Shown one piece after another: positions 14,500 through 26,289 of a DNA stretch of 64,000 nt. A program made the position numbers and the translations under genes. Numbering within the stretch: the stretch's first letter is position 1; each line of letters begins with the position of its first letter. The stretch comes from Malacoraja senta. Its lineage: Eukaryota. The notes below the pieces were generated by a model that did no database searches, had not been told where the DNA came from, and saw only the letters and a program-made list of their open reading frames with translations. The stretch covers positions 9,798,001 to 9,862,000 of the forward strand of contig CM075990.1 of assembly GCA_038087875.1 (NCBI GenBank). Reading direction: 5' to 3'.

Positions 14500-17400
14500 C
14501 TCCATACCCCCTGATCCCTTTAGCCACAAGGGCCACATCTAACTCCCTCTTAAATATAGCCAATGAACTGGCCTCAACTACCTTCTGTGGCAGAGAATTC
14601 CAGAAATTCACCACTCTGTGTGAAAAATGTTTTCCTCATCTCGGTCCTAAAAGATTTTCCCCTTATCCTTAAACTGTGACCCCTTGTTCTGGACTTCCCC
14701 AACATCGGGAACAATCTTCCTGCATCTAGCCTGTCCAACCCCTTTAGAATTTTGTACGTTTCTATAAGATCCCCCCTCAATCTTCTAAATTCTAGCGAGT
14801 ACAAACCGAGTCTATCCAGTCTTTCTTCATATGAAAGTCCTGACATCCCAGGAATCAGTCTGGTGATCCTTCTCTGTACTCCCTCTATGTCAAGAATGTC
14901 TTTCCTCAGATTACGAGACCAAAACTGTACGCAATACTCCAGGTGTGGTCTCACCAAGACCCTGTACAACTGCAGTAGAACCTCCCTGCTCCTATACTCA
15001 AATCCTTTTGCTATGAATGCTAACATACCATTCGCCTTCTTCACTGCCTGCTGCACCTGCATGCCTACTTTTAATGACTGGTGTACCATGACACCTAGGT
15101 CTCGTTGCATCTCCCCTTTTCCTAATCGGCCACCATTCAGATAATAGTCTACTTTCCTGTTTTTGCCACCAAAGTGGATAACCTCACATTTATCCACATT
15201 ATACTGCATCTGCCATGCATTTGCCCACTCACCCAGCCTATCAAAGTCACCTTGCAGCCTCCAAGCATCCTCCTCACAGCTAACACTGCCCCCCAGCTTC
15301 GTGTCATCCTCAAACTTGGAGATGTTGCATTCAATTCCCTCGTCCAAATCATTAATATATACCGTAAATAGCTGGGGTCCCAGCACTGAGCCTTGCGGTA
15401 CCCCACTAGTCACTGCCTGCCATTGTGAAAAGGACCCGTTTACTCCTACTCTTTGCTTCCTGTCTGCCAGCCAGTTCTCTATCCACATCAATACTGAACC
15501 CCCAATACCGTGTGCTTTAAGTTTGTATACTAATCTCTTATGTGGGACCTTGTCAAAAGCCTTCTGAAAGTCCAGATATAACACCAGTCCAGACTGGTTC
15601 TCCCTTATCCACTCTACTAGTTACATCCTCAAAAAATTCTATAAGATTCGTCAGACATGATTTACCTTTCATAAATCCATGCTGACTTTGTCCAATGATT
15701 TCACCACTTTCCAAATGTGCTGCTATCCCATCTTTAATAACTGATTCTAGCAGTTTCCCCACTACCGACGTTAGACTAACTGGTCTGTAATTCCCCGTTT
15801 TCTCTCCCTCCCTTTTTAAAAAGTGGGGTTACATTAGCTACCCTCCAATCCTCAGGAACTACACCAGAATCTAAAGAGTTTTGAAAAATTATCACTAATG
15901 CATCCACTATTTCGGTGGCTACTTCCTTAAGTACTCTGGGATGCAGCCTATCTGGCCCTGGGGATTTATCGGCCTTTAATCCATTCAATTTACCTAACAC
16001 CACTTCCCGGCTAACCTGGATTTCACTCAGTTCCTCCATCTCATTTGACCCCCGGTCCCCTGCTATTTCCGGCAGATTATTTATGTCTTCCTTAGTGAAG
16101 ACAGAACCAAAGTAGTTATTCAATTGGTCTGCCATGTCCTTGTTCCCCATGATCAATTCACCTGTTTCTGACTGCAAGGGACCTACATTTGTTTTAACTA
16201 ATCTTTTTCTCTTCACATATCTATAAAAGCTTTTGCAGTCAGTTTTTATGTTCCCTGCCAGTTTTCTTTCATAATCTATTTTCCCTTTCCTAATTAAGCC
16301 CTTTGTCCTCCTCTGCTGGACTCTGATTTTCTCCCAGTCCTCTGGTAGGCTGCTTTTTCTGGCTAATTTGTACACTTCATCTTTTGTTTTGATACTATCC
16401 CTGATTTCCCTTGTTATCCACGGATGCACTACCTTCCCTGATTTATTTTTTTGCCAAACTGGGATGAACAATTGTTGTAGTTCATCCATGCAGTCTTTAA
16501 ATGCCTTCCATTGCATATCTACCGTCAATCCATTAAGAATCAATTGCCAGTCTATCTTCGCCAATTCACTTCTCATATCCTCAAAGTTACCTTTCTTTAA
16601 GTTCAGGACCCTTGTTTCTGAATTAACAATGTCACTCTCCATCCTAATGAAGAACTCAACCATATTATGGTCATTCTTGCCCAAGGGGTCATGCACAACA
16701 AGACTGCTAACTAACCCTTCCTCATTACTCAATACCCAATCTAGAATAGCCTGCTCTCTCGTTGGTTCCTCTACATGTTGGTTTAGAAAACTATCCCGCA
16801 TACATTCCAAGAAATCCTCTTCCTCAGCACCCTTGCCAATTTGATTCACCCAATCTATATGTAGATTGAAGTCACCCATTATAACTGTTTTACCTTTGTT
16901 GCATGCATTTCTAATTTCCAGTTTGATGCCATCCCCAACTCCACTACTACTGTTAGGTGGCCTGTACACAACTCCCACTAGCGTTTTCTGCCGCTTAGTG
17001 TTTCGCAGCTCTACCCATATCGATTCCACATCCTCCAAGCTAATGTCCTTCCTTTCTATTGCGTTAATCTGCTCTCTAACCAGCAACGCTACCCCACCTC
17101 CTTTCCCTTTCTGTCTATCCCTCCTGAATATTGAATATCCCTGGATGTTCAGCTTCCAGCCTTGGTTACCCTGGAGCCATGTCTCCGTGATCCCAACTAT
17201 ATCATATTCATTAATAGCTATCTGCACATTCAACTCATCCACCTTATTACGAATGCTCCTTGCATTGAGACACAAAGCCTTCAGGCTTGTTTTTACAACA
17301 CTCTTACCCCTTATACAATTATGTTGAAAAGTGGCCCTTTTTGATTTTTGCCCTGGATTTGTCTGCCTGCCACTTTTACTTTTCACCTTGCTACCTATTG

Positions 17401-17518
17401 CTTCTACCCTCATTTTACACCCCTCTGTCTCTACGCTCACACATTTAAGAAACCCTTTCCCTTTAACTCCATCCTCAACTATCCCATTCGACACCCCACC
17501 CCCCTTATTCAGTTTAAA
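14500..17518 (-). pseudogene. CR1 ORF2 (APE endonuclease plus reverse transcriptase), disrupted
   Basis: NARS, ITETW, GDFN, PGPD, YLDFQKAFDKV and VPQGSVLGP motifs. Frameshifts at ~15800, ~15590 and ~14615. The FADD motif reads FEDD. Confidence 0.92.
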
Positions 17519-18435
17519 ACCACCCGTGTAGCAGTGGCAAACCTGCCTGCCATAATGCTGGTCCCCCACCTGTTAAGATGCAATCCATCCCTTTTGTACA
17601 GTTCCCTTTTACTCCAAAACAGATCCCAGTGATCTAAGAATCTAAATCCCTGCCCCGTGCACCAGTTCCTCAGCCACACATTCAGGTCCCGTATCTCCCT
17701 GTTCCTGCTCTCGCCAGCACGAGGAACTGGAAGCAAACCGGAGATAACAACCCTGGAGGTCCTGCTTTTCAGCATTTTTCCGAGCTCTCTAAAGTCACAC
17801 TGCAGAATATTCATCCCCTTCTTTCCGACATCGTTTGTGCCGACATGCACTACCACTTCTGGCTGTTCACCTTCGCCCTTGAGGATTTTCTGCACTCTGT
17901 CCGTGACATCCTGGATCCTGGCACCAGGAAGGCAGCACACCATCCTCGAATCCCGTCTGTTGCCGCAGAAACCCCTGTCCGTACCTCTCACAATGGAGTC
18001 CCCCACAACAATGGCGTTGCCTGACTTTGGCCTTTTTGGTTTTGGCTCAACAGCCCTATTCGCATCGCAAGCCATTCTGCCGCTCAATGTTAAAACGTCT
18101 TCTGTCCCGAAAGCTTCTAAGTGGGCGAACCTGTTCACAAGAGGTACAACACACGGGGACGTTTGCATTCCATGCTTCCCTCCCTTTCTCACTGTCTCCC
18201 ACCTTCTCTCTTCCAGTACCTTAGGGGTAACAATATTACTGTAGGACTTGTCGAGGAGCGACTCCGTTTCTCGGACAAACCTGAGGTCATCCACTTGCTT
18301 CTCCAGTTCCCCAACACGGTCCTTCAGGAGCTGTACCTGGATGCACTTGTCACATTTGTAGCAGCCAGAGGCACCAGCAGTGTCCTTGACCTCCCACATA
18401 CTGCAAGCATCACACTGAATCAGCTTGCCTGACAT
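17509..18435 (-). CDS. CR1 ORF1 protein: zinc finger/leucine zipper plus SGNH esterase-like domain
   Basis: Intact ORF from MSGKLIQCDAC...CDKC, then heptad leucines, IVVGDS, HVGTND and DGLHL blocks. Confidence 0.88.
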   Translation of the reverse strand: MSGKLIQCDACSMWEVKDTAGASGCYKCDKCIQVQLLKDRVGELEKQVDDLRFVRETESLLDKSYSNIVTPKVLEERRWETVRKGGKHGMQTSPCVVPLVNRFAHLEAFGTEDVLTLSGRMACDANRAVEPKPKRPKSGNAIVVGDSIVRGTDRGFCGNRRDSRMVCCLPGARIQDVTDRVQKILKGEGEQPEVVVHVGTNDVGKKGMNILQCDFRELGKMLKSRTSRVVISGLLPVPRAGESRNREIRDLNVWLRNWCTGQGFRFLDHWDLFWSKRELYKRDGLHLNRWGTSIMAGRFATATRVVLN

Positions 18436-18601
18436 CTCCTTCTTTCGTCTCTCCCTCTGCAGTGTTTTGTGTAGCCTCCTCGCCGAAGACTCTCGAGCCA
18501 AAGACTCACACTTTTCTCACAGGGCCACTCCCTAAGAGCAGTCTTGCTTATATTGACTGATAAATTGCCTAATTTACCAATTTACAATCCAAATTCCTCA
18601 G

Positions 18602-19017
18602 TTTTCAACTATTTTCCCCGCTTTGACTCACTTCTCTCCTCCCTCTTGGGCTAGAGCCAATCAGTGTTTTCACTTGCTAATCTTCTCCTGCTGTTGCTTC
18701 CAAGTCTACAGCAGCTCTGAGTAAAGTCTGCCTGTGCTTTGCCTCTCCTTTTCAACTGTTTTCCCCCCTCTGACTCACTTCTCTCCTCCCTCTTGGGCTA
18801 GAGCCAATCAGTGTTTTCTCTTGCTAATCTTCTCCTGCTGTTGCTTCCAAATCTACAACAGCTCTGAGTAAAGTCTGCCTGTGCTTTGCCTCTCCGTTTC
18901 AACTGTTTTCACCCCTCTGACTCACTTCTCTCCTCCCTCTTGGGCTAGAGCCAATCAGTGTTTTCTCTTGCTAATCTTCTCCTGCTGTTGCTTCCAAATC
19001 TACAGCAGCTCTGAGTA
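18602..19017. repeat. 147-bp tandem repeat, ~2.8 copies, forming the CR1 5' UTR
   Basis: gactcacttctctcctccctcttgggctagagccaatcag starts at 18625, 18772 and 18919. Confidence 0.92.
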
Positions 19018-19944
19018 TAATTTTGAAAAATAATCTGAAATAATTCACAGATTTTATTTCTTTTGCTGAGTCTCTGATGCAATATTTCTAGCTATTTTAG
19101 AATCATATTTGGTAGGTTGGAATTTGATGAAAATTATAATAGTTTAGTTTAGTTTATTATTGTCACGTGTACCGAGGTATAGCATAAAGCTTTTGTGGCA
19201 TGTTATCCATTTGAAGTAAAAACTATATAATTACAATCAAGCCATCCGCAGTGTACAGATAAAGGATAAAGAGTACAAAATTTAGTGCAAGATAAAGTCT
19301 GATAAAGTCTGATTAAAGATAGTTCAAAGGTGTCTAATGAGGTAGGTGGGAATTTTAATGAAAGTTTCTGTAACTGAGATTTCCTTTTAAACTTAAAGGA
19401 ATATTAAAGTATTTTGAAATCAATAATGAGCCACATTTTCTTCTTTGAGAATTATTTAATTGTGTGAATTGCTAAGTTGCATATGGGTGTTTCCAGTACA
19501 GAGGCAATTATAGTAAATAATTATTAAAAATCCAGGAATTCCTGCCCAACTGGTACTATAACCTTGCATAAGGGTTCTGTGTCAGTACAAAGAGGCATTT
19601 CACCACTGCTGAGACCAATTAAGAATAAACAATAAATGCAATAAACATTGATCTTCCTAGATCTCATCAAAGAACATAACAAACGTTATGATGGAAGAAA
19701 TCAGTACAGATTTGGAGAAAAGGGTTTCTAATTCCTAGATATCTAACCAAGCAATGTATCCTTCAAATTTTGAGGATGTTGACAGGACTTGAGAGCCTGT
19801 GCTGCAGAGAGAGGTTAGGCAGGCTAGGACTTTATTCCTTGGAGCGCAAGAGGATGAAGGGTGATCTTATAGAGGTGTACAAGATCACCCCTCAAAGGAT
19901 GAGGGGAATAGATTGGGTAAGTGAACAGATACCCTTTAATAAAA

Positions 19945-20065
19945 TCTGACAATGTGCACTTTAACCACATGTGATTTTTTTCTATTACAAATCTCAGATT
20001 GTGGAGTACAGAGGCAAATAAATAAATTATGGGTCTTTGTCCCAAACATTATGGAGGGCACTATA
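19945..20065. mobile_element. Tc1/mariner-like terminal fragment
   Basis: Ends cccaaacattatggagggcact-ata, similar to the reverse complement of Tc1-type TIRs (CAGTGCCCTCC...) with TA. Confidence 0.55.
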
Positions 20066-20189
20066 CATGTCCAGATGTCTTTTACATTAACAAAAATGTG
20101 TATTTTTGAAGTAACTTGAAATGATATGATGATTACCAGTCATACATCCCAAAACTTTTTTTTCTCCTCTAAGCTACTTTGAAATAATG

Positions 20190-20373
20190 TGTAGGAAAGA
20201 ACTACAGATGCTGGTTTAAATCGAAGATAGACACAAAATGCTGGAGTAACTCAGAAGGAATGGGTGACGTTTTGGAGTTTGAGGTCTGAAGAAGGGTCTT
20301 GACCCGAAACGTCACCCATTCCTTCTCTCCAGAGATGCTGCTTGTCTCGCTGAGTTAATCCATCTTTTTATGC
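20190..20373. mobile_element. Short Penelope-derived inverted element with intact minimal hammerhead
   Basis: 16-bp TSD ctactttgaaataatg at 20174-20189 and 20374-20389. Confidence 0.85.
20283..20316 (+). ncRNA. Minimal type I hammerhead ribozyme motif
   Basis: ggt-CTGAAGA-a-gggtc tt gaccc-GAAAC-GTC-acc: conserved core, stem II, palindromic ACGT stem III, GUC cleavage triplet and 3-bp stem I. Confidence 0.75.
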
Positions 20374-20681
20374 CTACTTTGAAATAATGATCTTTTAGGT
20401 TGCAGGAAGTTTTTTTACACCGGTTTATGCCATATTGGGTGCGTACCATTCGGTCGGTGCCTGCTGCTGCACTGCTGTGAAGGCGAGATGTGAATGGGAT
20501 CATTAAAAAGAAAAGCTGGGTCTGTTTATAGAATTGTATAACAGTTTCTAGCTGAAATCTAGCAAAACTGATGTTTTTACTGATTAATTTATCAAAGTGT
20601 AGTATCACCATCTGTTAAAGTAGCTAATTGAAATGCAATTTTTCAATCTGTTTGAGAAGCACAATATTAACTAATACAGAA

Positions 20682-20893
20682 AGTTTAGTTTAGTTCAGAG
20701 ATACAGTGTGGAAAGAGGCCCTTCGGCCCACCGGGTCCGCGCCAACCAGCGATCCCCGCACATTAACGCTACGCTACACACACTATGGACAATTTTTACA
20801 CTTATAACAAGCCAATTAACCAATAAACCTGCACGTCTTTGGAGTGTGGAATGAAACCGAAGATCTCGGAGAAAATCCACGCGGTCACGGGAG
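20682..20893 (-). mobile_element. HE1/V-SINE, 5'-truncated
   Basis: V-domain-like gtctttggagtgtgg...cacgcggtcacggg, a CR1-type tail and an (agttt)n end. Confidence 0.75.
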
Positions 20894-20895
20894 AT

Positions 20896-21587
20896 ACAAT
20901 GAAAAGAAATGCGAGTATCTGGATACGACAATACCTTTTTTATCTGTGCAAAAAAAAAAACCTTCAGGTTTTCCTGTCATGGAAGGTGCACCGTCTGTAC
21001 ATACACTCACTAAATTAACCAAATCCAGTCCAACTTCACGACATTTATCTTGAAAGTTGTTGAAGAAATCTATTTCTTGTGTTCTACCCGTAAGAGTGCC
21101 CAAAGCGAGTAACTCTTTGTAGCAAAGAAAATTTTCTGTTATGGCCCGAATGAAGTATAAAACCTGCGCCGAGTCAGTAGTATCAGTTGATTCAAAGTTG
21201 ATAATACTGAAGAATGGACGGCCAGCGGACTCTCCCCAACATTTTCCCTCTTGTCAACCAGCCTCAGGCGGTGGTGGCGCCAGTCAGGCAGGGAGGTTAA
21301 CGTACATTCTAGAGTCGCATGAGAACTAAATTATGAGCATAACTGCTGTTAAAATAGTCCTCATGACTTACTAATGTTTTAATTGTGGCTGTCAGTCGGG
21401 GAGGATTATTTTGTTGAATCTTCTTTTACTCTTTGGTATTTTAAATACATTCATTTTAAGATTAAAATAAATATAATGAAAGAACAAAAACATATTAATA
21501 AAAATAAAAGGATTTGTTCTACAAAATTTGGATTAATTCAAAAGGCCGCACTTAATGGCCTAGAAGGCCGCAGGTTCCCCACCCCTG
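20896..21587 (-). mobile_element. hAT (Charlie/SPIN-like) DNA transposon fragment
   Basis: Transposase remnant ...VSVCTDGAPSMTG.... The terminus reads CAGGGGTGGGGAAC on the - strand from 21587. Confidence 0.8.
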
Positions 21588-22114
21588 AGCTAGTGATAGG
21601 GGATGCTATAATCAGGAGAAAAGATAGTACCATCTGTTTAATCATTACCAAAGGGCTGATGCAGGAAAGAAGGGTACTTTTTCCATGAAATCTTGATGTA
21701 AACATGTAAGAAGGAAAGCAAGAGAGGACAGCAAATTATAAATTAACCATATGGAGCAGCAGCCAAAAAAGATGCATATTAAATAAAGAAATTCAATTGA
21801 AAATGAATTAAATTATCTGAATAGCAATGATTAGTATCAGCAATAAAATAAGGGAGATGGAGAAAATGTATGATGAACATACAGTTGGACAATGTGACAG
21901 TAGTAAAAAAAGAGATGGCCATAAGGAAATCAAAATAGAATCCATCTGGAGAGAAAATAAAACAAAGATTTGATTCTATAGGTAGTGGAAGAGATGTGGA
22001 GGAAGACATTTGGACAAATTATAGAAAAAAAATAGAAGGTTAATAATTTCAACTCGCCCAACATTGATTAGACTGAAGAAATAGTTATTGGGAGTAAGGG
22101 AATGGAGATCTCAC

Positions 22115-22245
22115 GGGATCTCCATTCCCTTACGGAAGGGAATCGGCCCGATCTGAAGAAGGGTTTCGGCCCGAAACGTTGCCTATTTCCTTCGCTCCAT
22201 AGATGCTGCTGCACCCGCTGAGTTTCTCCAGCATTTTTGTGTACC
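22115..22245 (+). mobile_element. Short hammerhead-bearing Penelope terminal insert
   Basis: 22152-22245 matches the terminus of the 5865-7313 element. 14-bp TSD aatggagatctcac at 22101-22114 and 22246-22259. Confidence 0.88.
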
Positions 22246-22749
22246 AATGGAGATCTCACATTATATAAAGGACAATTTCAAGCGTCAAGAGTGTTTAATT
22301 GTCATATGCACTGTGAATGGAACAATGAAATTCTTGCAACTATCTTCTGGAAATAGACACAGAAGCCTGAGAGTTTTTACCTTTAGGTTCAAGATTAGCT
22401 TCTTCCCATCAACCATCAAGTTATTGAACCATGCCGTACAATCCTAACCATAACACTACCACAGCATCGAACTACGAAGAGCTTTTAAGGGTTGAACAAC
22501 GAAATTCGGCCTGCATTATTGTGGTCCTGTGACCCAATATAACTGATAATTTATTATATTATTATTCATTACATATTTTTACCTAGTCGTGTAAATATGA
22601 CTTTGCATTTTGTTTTCTAAATAGAGCTGTGGAATTTTTCCAGGTTCTTGTTTTCAACTGAGCTATTTATAATGTCCAATTTGAAATTTTTGCTTTGAGC
22701 TCTTTTGATGCAACCGTAAATTGATAACATTCAATGGGAAGCAGTGATA

Positions 22750-23213
22750 ACGCCTCAAGTGCGCCTCAAGAGTGCGCCTCAAGTCACGGCACCCCTTTGC
22801 CACGCAAGCCCAAGAGCTGCTCTGCACAACACCGGCTGACGCTTCTAAGGCTGCCTGGGTCAAGATGAGATGAAGAGACCAGTGGAAGTCAGCAGAACCA
22901 TCTAGGCTACACCATTACATCGATGACCCCATGGACATCCCTGGCCAGGACCTGCCCCGAAAGCAGTGGACAACCCTCAACCGCTTGAGGACAGGCATCG
23001 GACGCTATGGAGTAGCGATGAAGAGGTGGGGCCTCGTGGACAGCGCCTCCTGCGAGTGTGGGGACCCAACACAGACAGTGGAGCACATAGTCACCAGTTG
23101 CCCCAAACACCGGCCACCGAATGGTGAACGAGGTCTGATTGACCTGGACGATGACACGTTAGCCTGGCTCGCCTCAACGGAGCTGCAGGTCTAAAAGACA
23201 CACGACAGAAGAA
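22750..23213 (+). mobile_element. Vingi/Ingi-like non-LTR retrotransposon 3' fragment
   Basis: RLKSRHPF...LNRLRTG...WG...CECG...QT.EHI...CP (CCHC knuckle) and an (AGA)n tail. 13-bp TSD ggaagcagtgata at 22737-22749 and 23214-23226. Confidence 0.75.
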
Positions 23214-23469
23214 GGAAGCAGTGATATGGATAAAGGAAAAGATCATTATTGTTTTTGTAATTATTAACATAATGATTGATAAAAATATCACATAAAATGT
23301 GGCTTTATGTTACCACTTTGTGATCAGTTTAGAGCTTTAAAATATGTTAATGTGTGTTCACATTGTTTTGTGTTTTCCAACTTGCATGCTTTGGATCAGT
23401 GATTTTTGAGAAAAAGTTTTTTACTTTGGATTAAGTCACTGTAAACATTTTCTCACTCTTAATTTTTTT

Positions 23470-23575
23470 GGTTTCTGTTAACATTTTTTGTCTTTGTTAA
23501 CATTTTCAGTCTTTGTTAACATTTTCCAACTGTTGACATTTTTTGTCTCTGTTAACATTCTCATGGTCTGTTAAT
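23470..23575. repeat. Degenerate short tandem repeat (core gttaacattt)
   Basis: About six imperfect copies of tctttgttaacatttt. Confidence 0.7.
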
Positions 23576-24179
23576 GCTCTTGGGCTGTGTTTGGCATAAG
23601 TCAAATGTGGTGACAAATTAATCTTGAGTCACACTGTGAGTATATATAACACCTAACTAATTTTCTGCACCAGAGTCAACTTCCTTTTACCAGAAATACT
23701 ACTTTGGTGATCTATTCATGCCAGATTGTTAAAATTTCGGTAAATTTGTTATGCTGTACTATGGAATCTTGATTTTGAGAATTATGATTAAATTGGCCAA
23801 ATTCACAGAAGATGTTTAAGTGAGAGATCTTTTAACATGTTTATTCAAACACATTAAAAACCTACAAGGTTGTCTATGTAATTTATTTCTGGAATGTGCT
23901 GTCTTTATCCATTTTATCTCTGGCTATTGGTGGATTACTTCCATATTATGAAAATGATGGGCTGAGCAACTTCTCAATTTTATTTGAGCGATTAATATTT
24001 TTGGTATGAAATTTAGTTAGTTTAGTCCTTTTGGATCAGAGAAAATAAATTATTTAAAATAGTTTGTGATCCATCTTCTGCAGTATTTAAACTTAATTGA
24101 CATTCAGAAGCAAATGACAGAAAGATTAAGTCTTCTATTGTATCTGATTTATTTTCTTTCTAAGTTGTAAGTGTCAGGA

Positions 24180-25070
24180 CGACAGCTCAGCATCACCATA
24201 ATACTGAATAAGCTCTTCTCTTAAACTCCTAGACTTTGCCTTGGTCTTCCATCTGGCTTCTGGACTTCTTCAGAGGCAGGCCTCGGTTGGTTAGCATTGG
24301 CCATCACATTTCCTCCAGCCTATCCCGCAACATTGGTGCAACTCGGGGTTGTGTGTTCAGTCCCTTGCTCTAATCTCTCTACCCGTGATTGTGTGGCCAA
24401 GTACAATATCAACTCGATCTTCAAGTTTGCCAAATATACCGCTGTTATGGATGACGAAGACTTTGAAGATGGAATACAGGAAAGAAATTGGGAGCCTTGT
24501 CATGGTGTCAGACAATAACTTAGCTCTTAAGATTAACAAGATGAAAGAGTTAATTGTTGGCTTAAGGAAACGGGGGTGAACGCTTGGACAAACAGACCCT
24601 GTCTTTATCAATGGAGGTACTGCAGAAATGGTCAACAGCTTCAAGTTCCTAACCTGGTCCTTTCACACTAATGTAGTGATCAAGAGGCGCATGTTATTTA
24701 TTTTCATAGGCATCTGATAAGATTTGGCTTGAACATGAGAAGTCTCCAACTTCTGCAGAAAGCGATATAGAAAGTATTCTGAAAGGAAAGAGCTCAACCT
24801 TGTATGGCAACTGCTCTGCTTTTGACCACCACAACCGACAGAGATTGATGAGCAGAGCCCAGTCCATCACAGGCTCATCATTTCATTTCTTCCAGACTAT
24901 CTTTACATTGCATTGGACCAGAAAGATGGAAGTCAAGGATGCCTGTTACCTTGGCTTATTTAGTTTTCCCTTTTCTACCTCTGGGAGAAGATACAAAAGT
25001 TTGAAAGCTTGGACAAACAGACCTAAGAACAGCTTCTCCCAACCACGGTCGGTCTATTGAACCAACCTCT
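24180..25070 (+). mobile_element. Old, decayed Rex1-like LINE RT fragment
   Basis: Remnants SIFKFA, NNLALKINKMKELIV and SGRRYKSLK. Confidence 0.7.
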
Positions 25071-26018
25071 TCTATTATACCTACTTCATAGAGGTGTTGC
25101 AATGTAATTCTAACTCATTTGGTTATTCTGTCATTGCGACAGCAAGTTGTTGAGCACTTTATTTTTTGCACTACTTTGCATTGCACTATAATCTTTGCAC
25201 CACATTCCAGTTTAACACTGAGTTGGTATTCTGAAATGATATCAAAACTATCATGACGGGATCTGAACTAGTGTTAATATTTACCAGGTCTCTTAATTAA
25301 ACAGTCTATTAATTTAAATACTACTTTGTTTCAGCACCTAGTTGTACTTTTAGTACAGGTTTGTTTTCCCAAATATTTTTAGATTAATTTCAGGTGCCAA
25401 AGTGGAGATCCCTGTGAAACATCAGCTAATGAATACAATTATCTCTCCCCTACCCCTAAAATATCTACAAAATATCTATTACTTTTGGAAAATATCCATA
25501 GTGGAGAAACAAACTTATTGTTGTACAGTTGAAATGAACGGTTACCCCTAATCCTGATGCAGCGATGAACACGAATAATCCATATTAGGAGACCATTAAA
25601 TATTTTCTGTTGACCTGAAATTTCCTTTCATGTTGTTCAATACAGCTACCTTTAATATAGCCAACTGTTACAATGCTTATTTTACAGAATTAATTTGTAT
25701 TGCATAATTTGATGATCAATTATGTTTAGGTGTTTTATATAAATCAAATATAAATGGAGATGCGGTAAAGGATGTGTGTTGAATAAGATTTGATGCTCCA
25801 CTGGTGTTCAATGAATTATATAACATTATCATATTATTTTATTTCTCCCATGCCGTCAAACACATCAAGGCCTCTTACAATCAATAGTACTTTTGTGAAT
25901 TGTAGAGAATTGAAGCTGATGAAATGCATCTGCACAGTAATGAGAAAATGCCCATATTTTTAAGTAAATTGCATTATAGCACCTCAAAATGCCTCAATTT
26001 AGTGTGGCTATTGGTAGG

Positions 26019-26285
26019 TAATAATAATAATAATAATAATAATCATTTTATTTACTGGCGCCTTTCTAAAACCCAAGGACACCTTACAATGCATAGAATC
26101 ACAACAAAACAAAAACCACATAATCGGAATAAATTAAATAAGAAAACACCACAGTACACAAATCAAGGACAGAATTCAATTTCAAAAGCACCAAAAGAAA
26201 ATAAGAAACACAAGTTTGAGGAGAGAGCAGCGGCGACCAATTCGCGCCAGCGTCCACTCTCCCCTCCGACCGCCATCTTGTACAC
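26019..26285 (-). mobile_element. Short bipartite non-autonomous LINE derivative (YY1-like AAGATGGCG head, L2-type tail, (TTA)n)
   Basis: The - strand begins caagatggcggtcgg and ends tgtaaggtgtccttggg...aaaggcgcc...aaataaaatgattattatt. Confidence 0.5.
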
Positions 26286-26289
26286 GGAC

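Larger units (their letters stand above)
14377..19017 (-). mobile_element. Near full-length CR1-clade LINE (HER1-like), antisense in the USP54 5' intron
   Basis: Tandem-repeat 5' UTR, ORF1, ORF2 (APE endonuclease plus RT), short 3' UTR and an octamer tail (acatagaa x3 on +). Possible TSD aatttt at 14371-14376 and 19019-19024. Confidence 0.95.

Noticed and set aside
14752..18432. Multiple + strand ORFs
   Set aside because: Antisense shadows of CR1 ORF1 and ORF2.
18602..19017. CRISPR-like or satellite array
   Set aside because: Contiguous 147-bp units without unique spacers, in a eukaryotic LINE 5' UTR.
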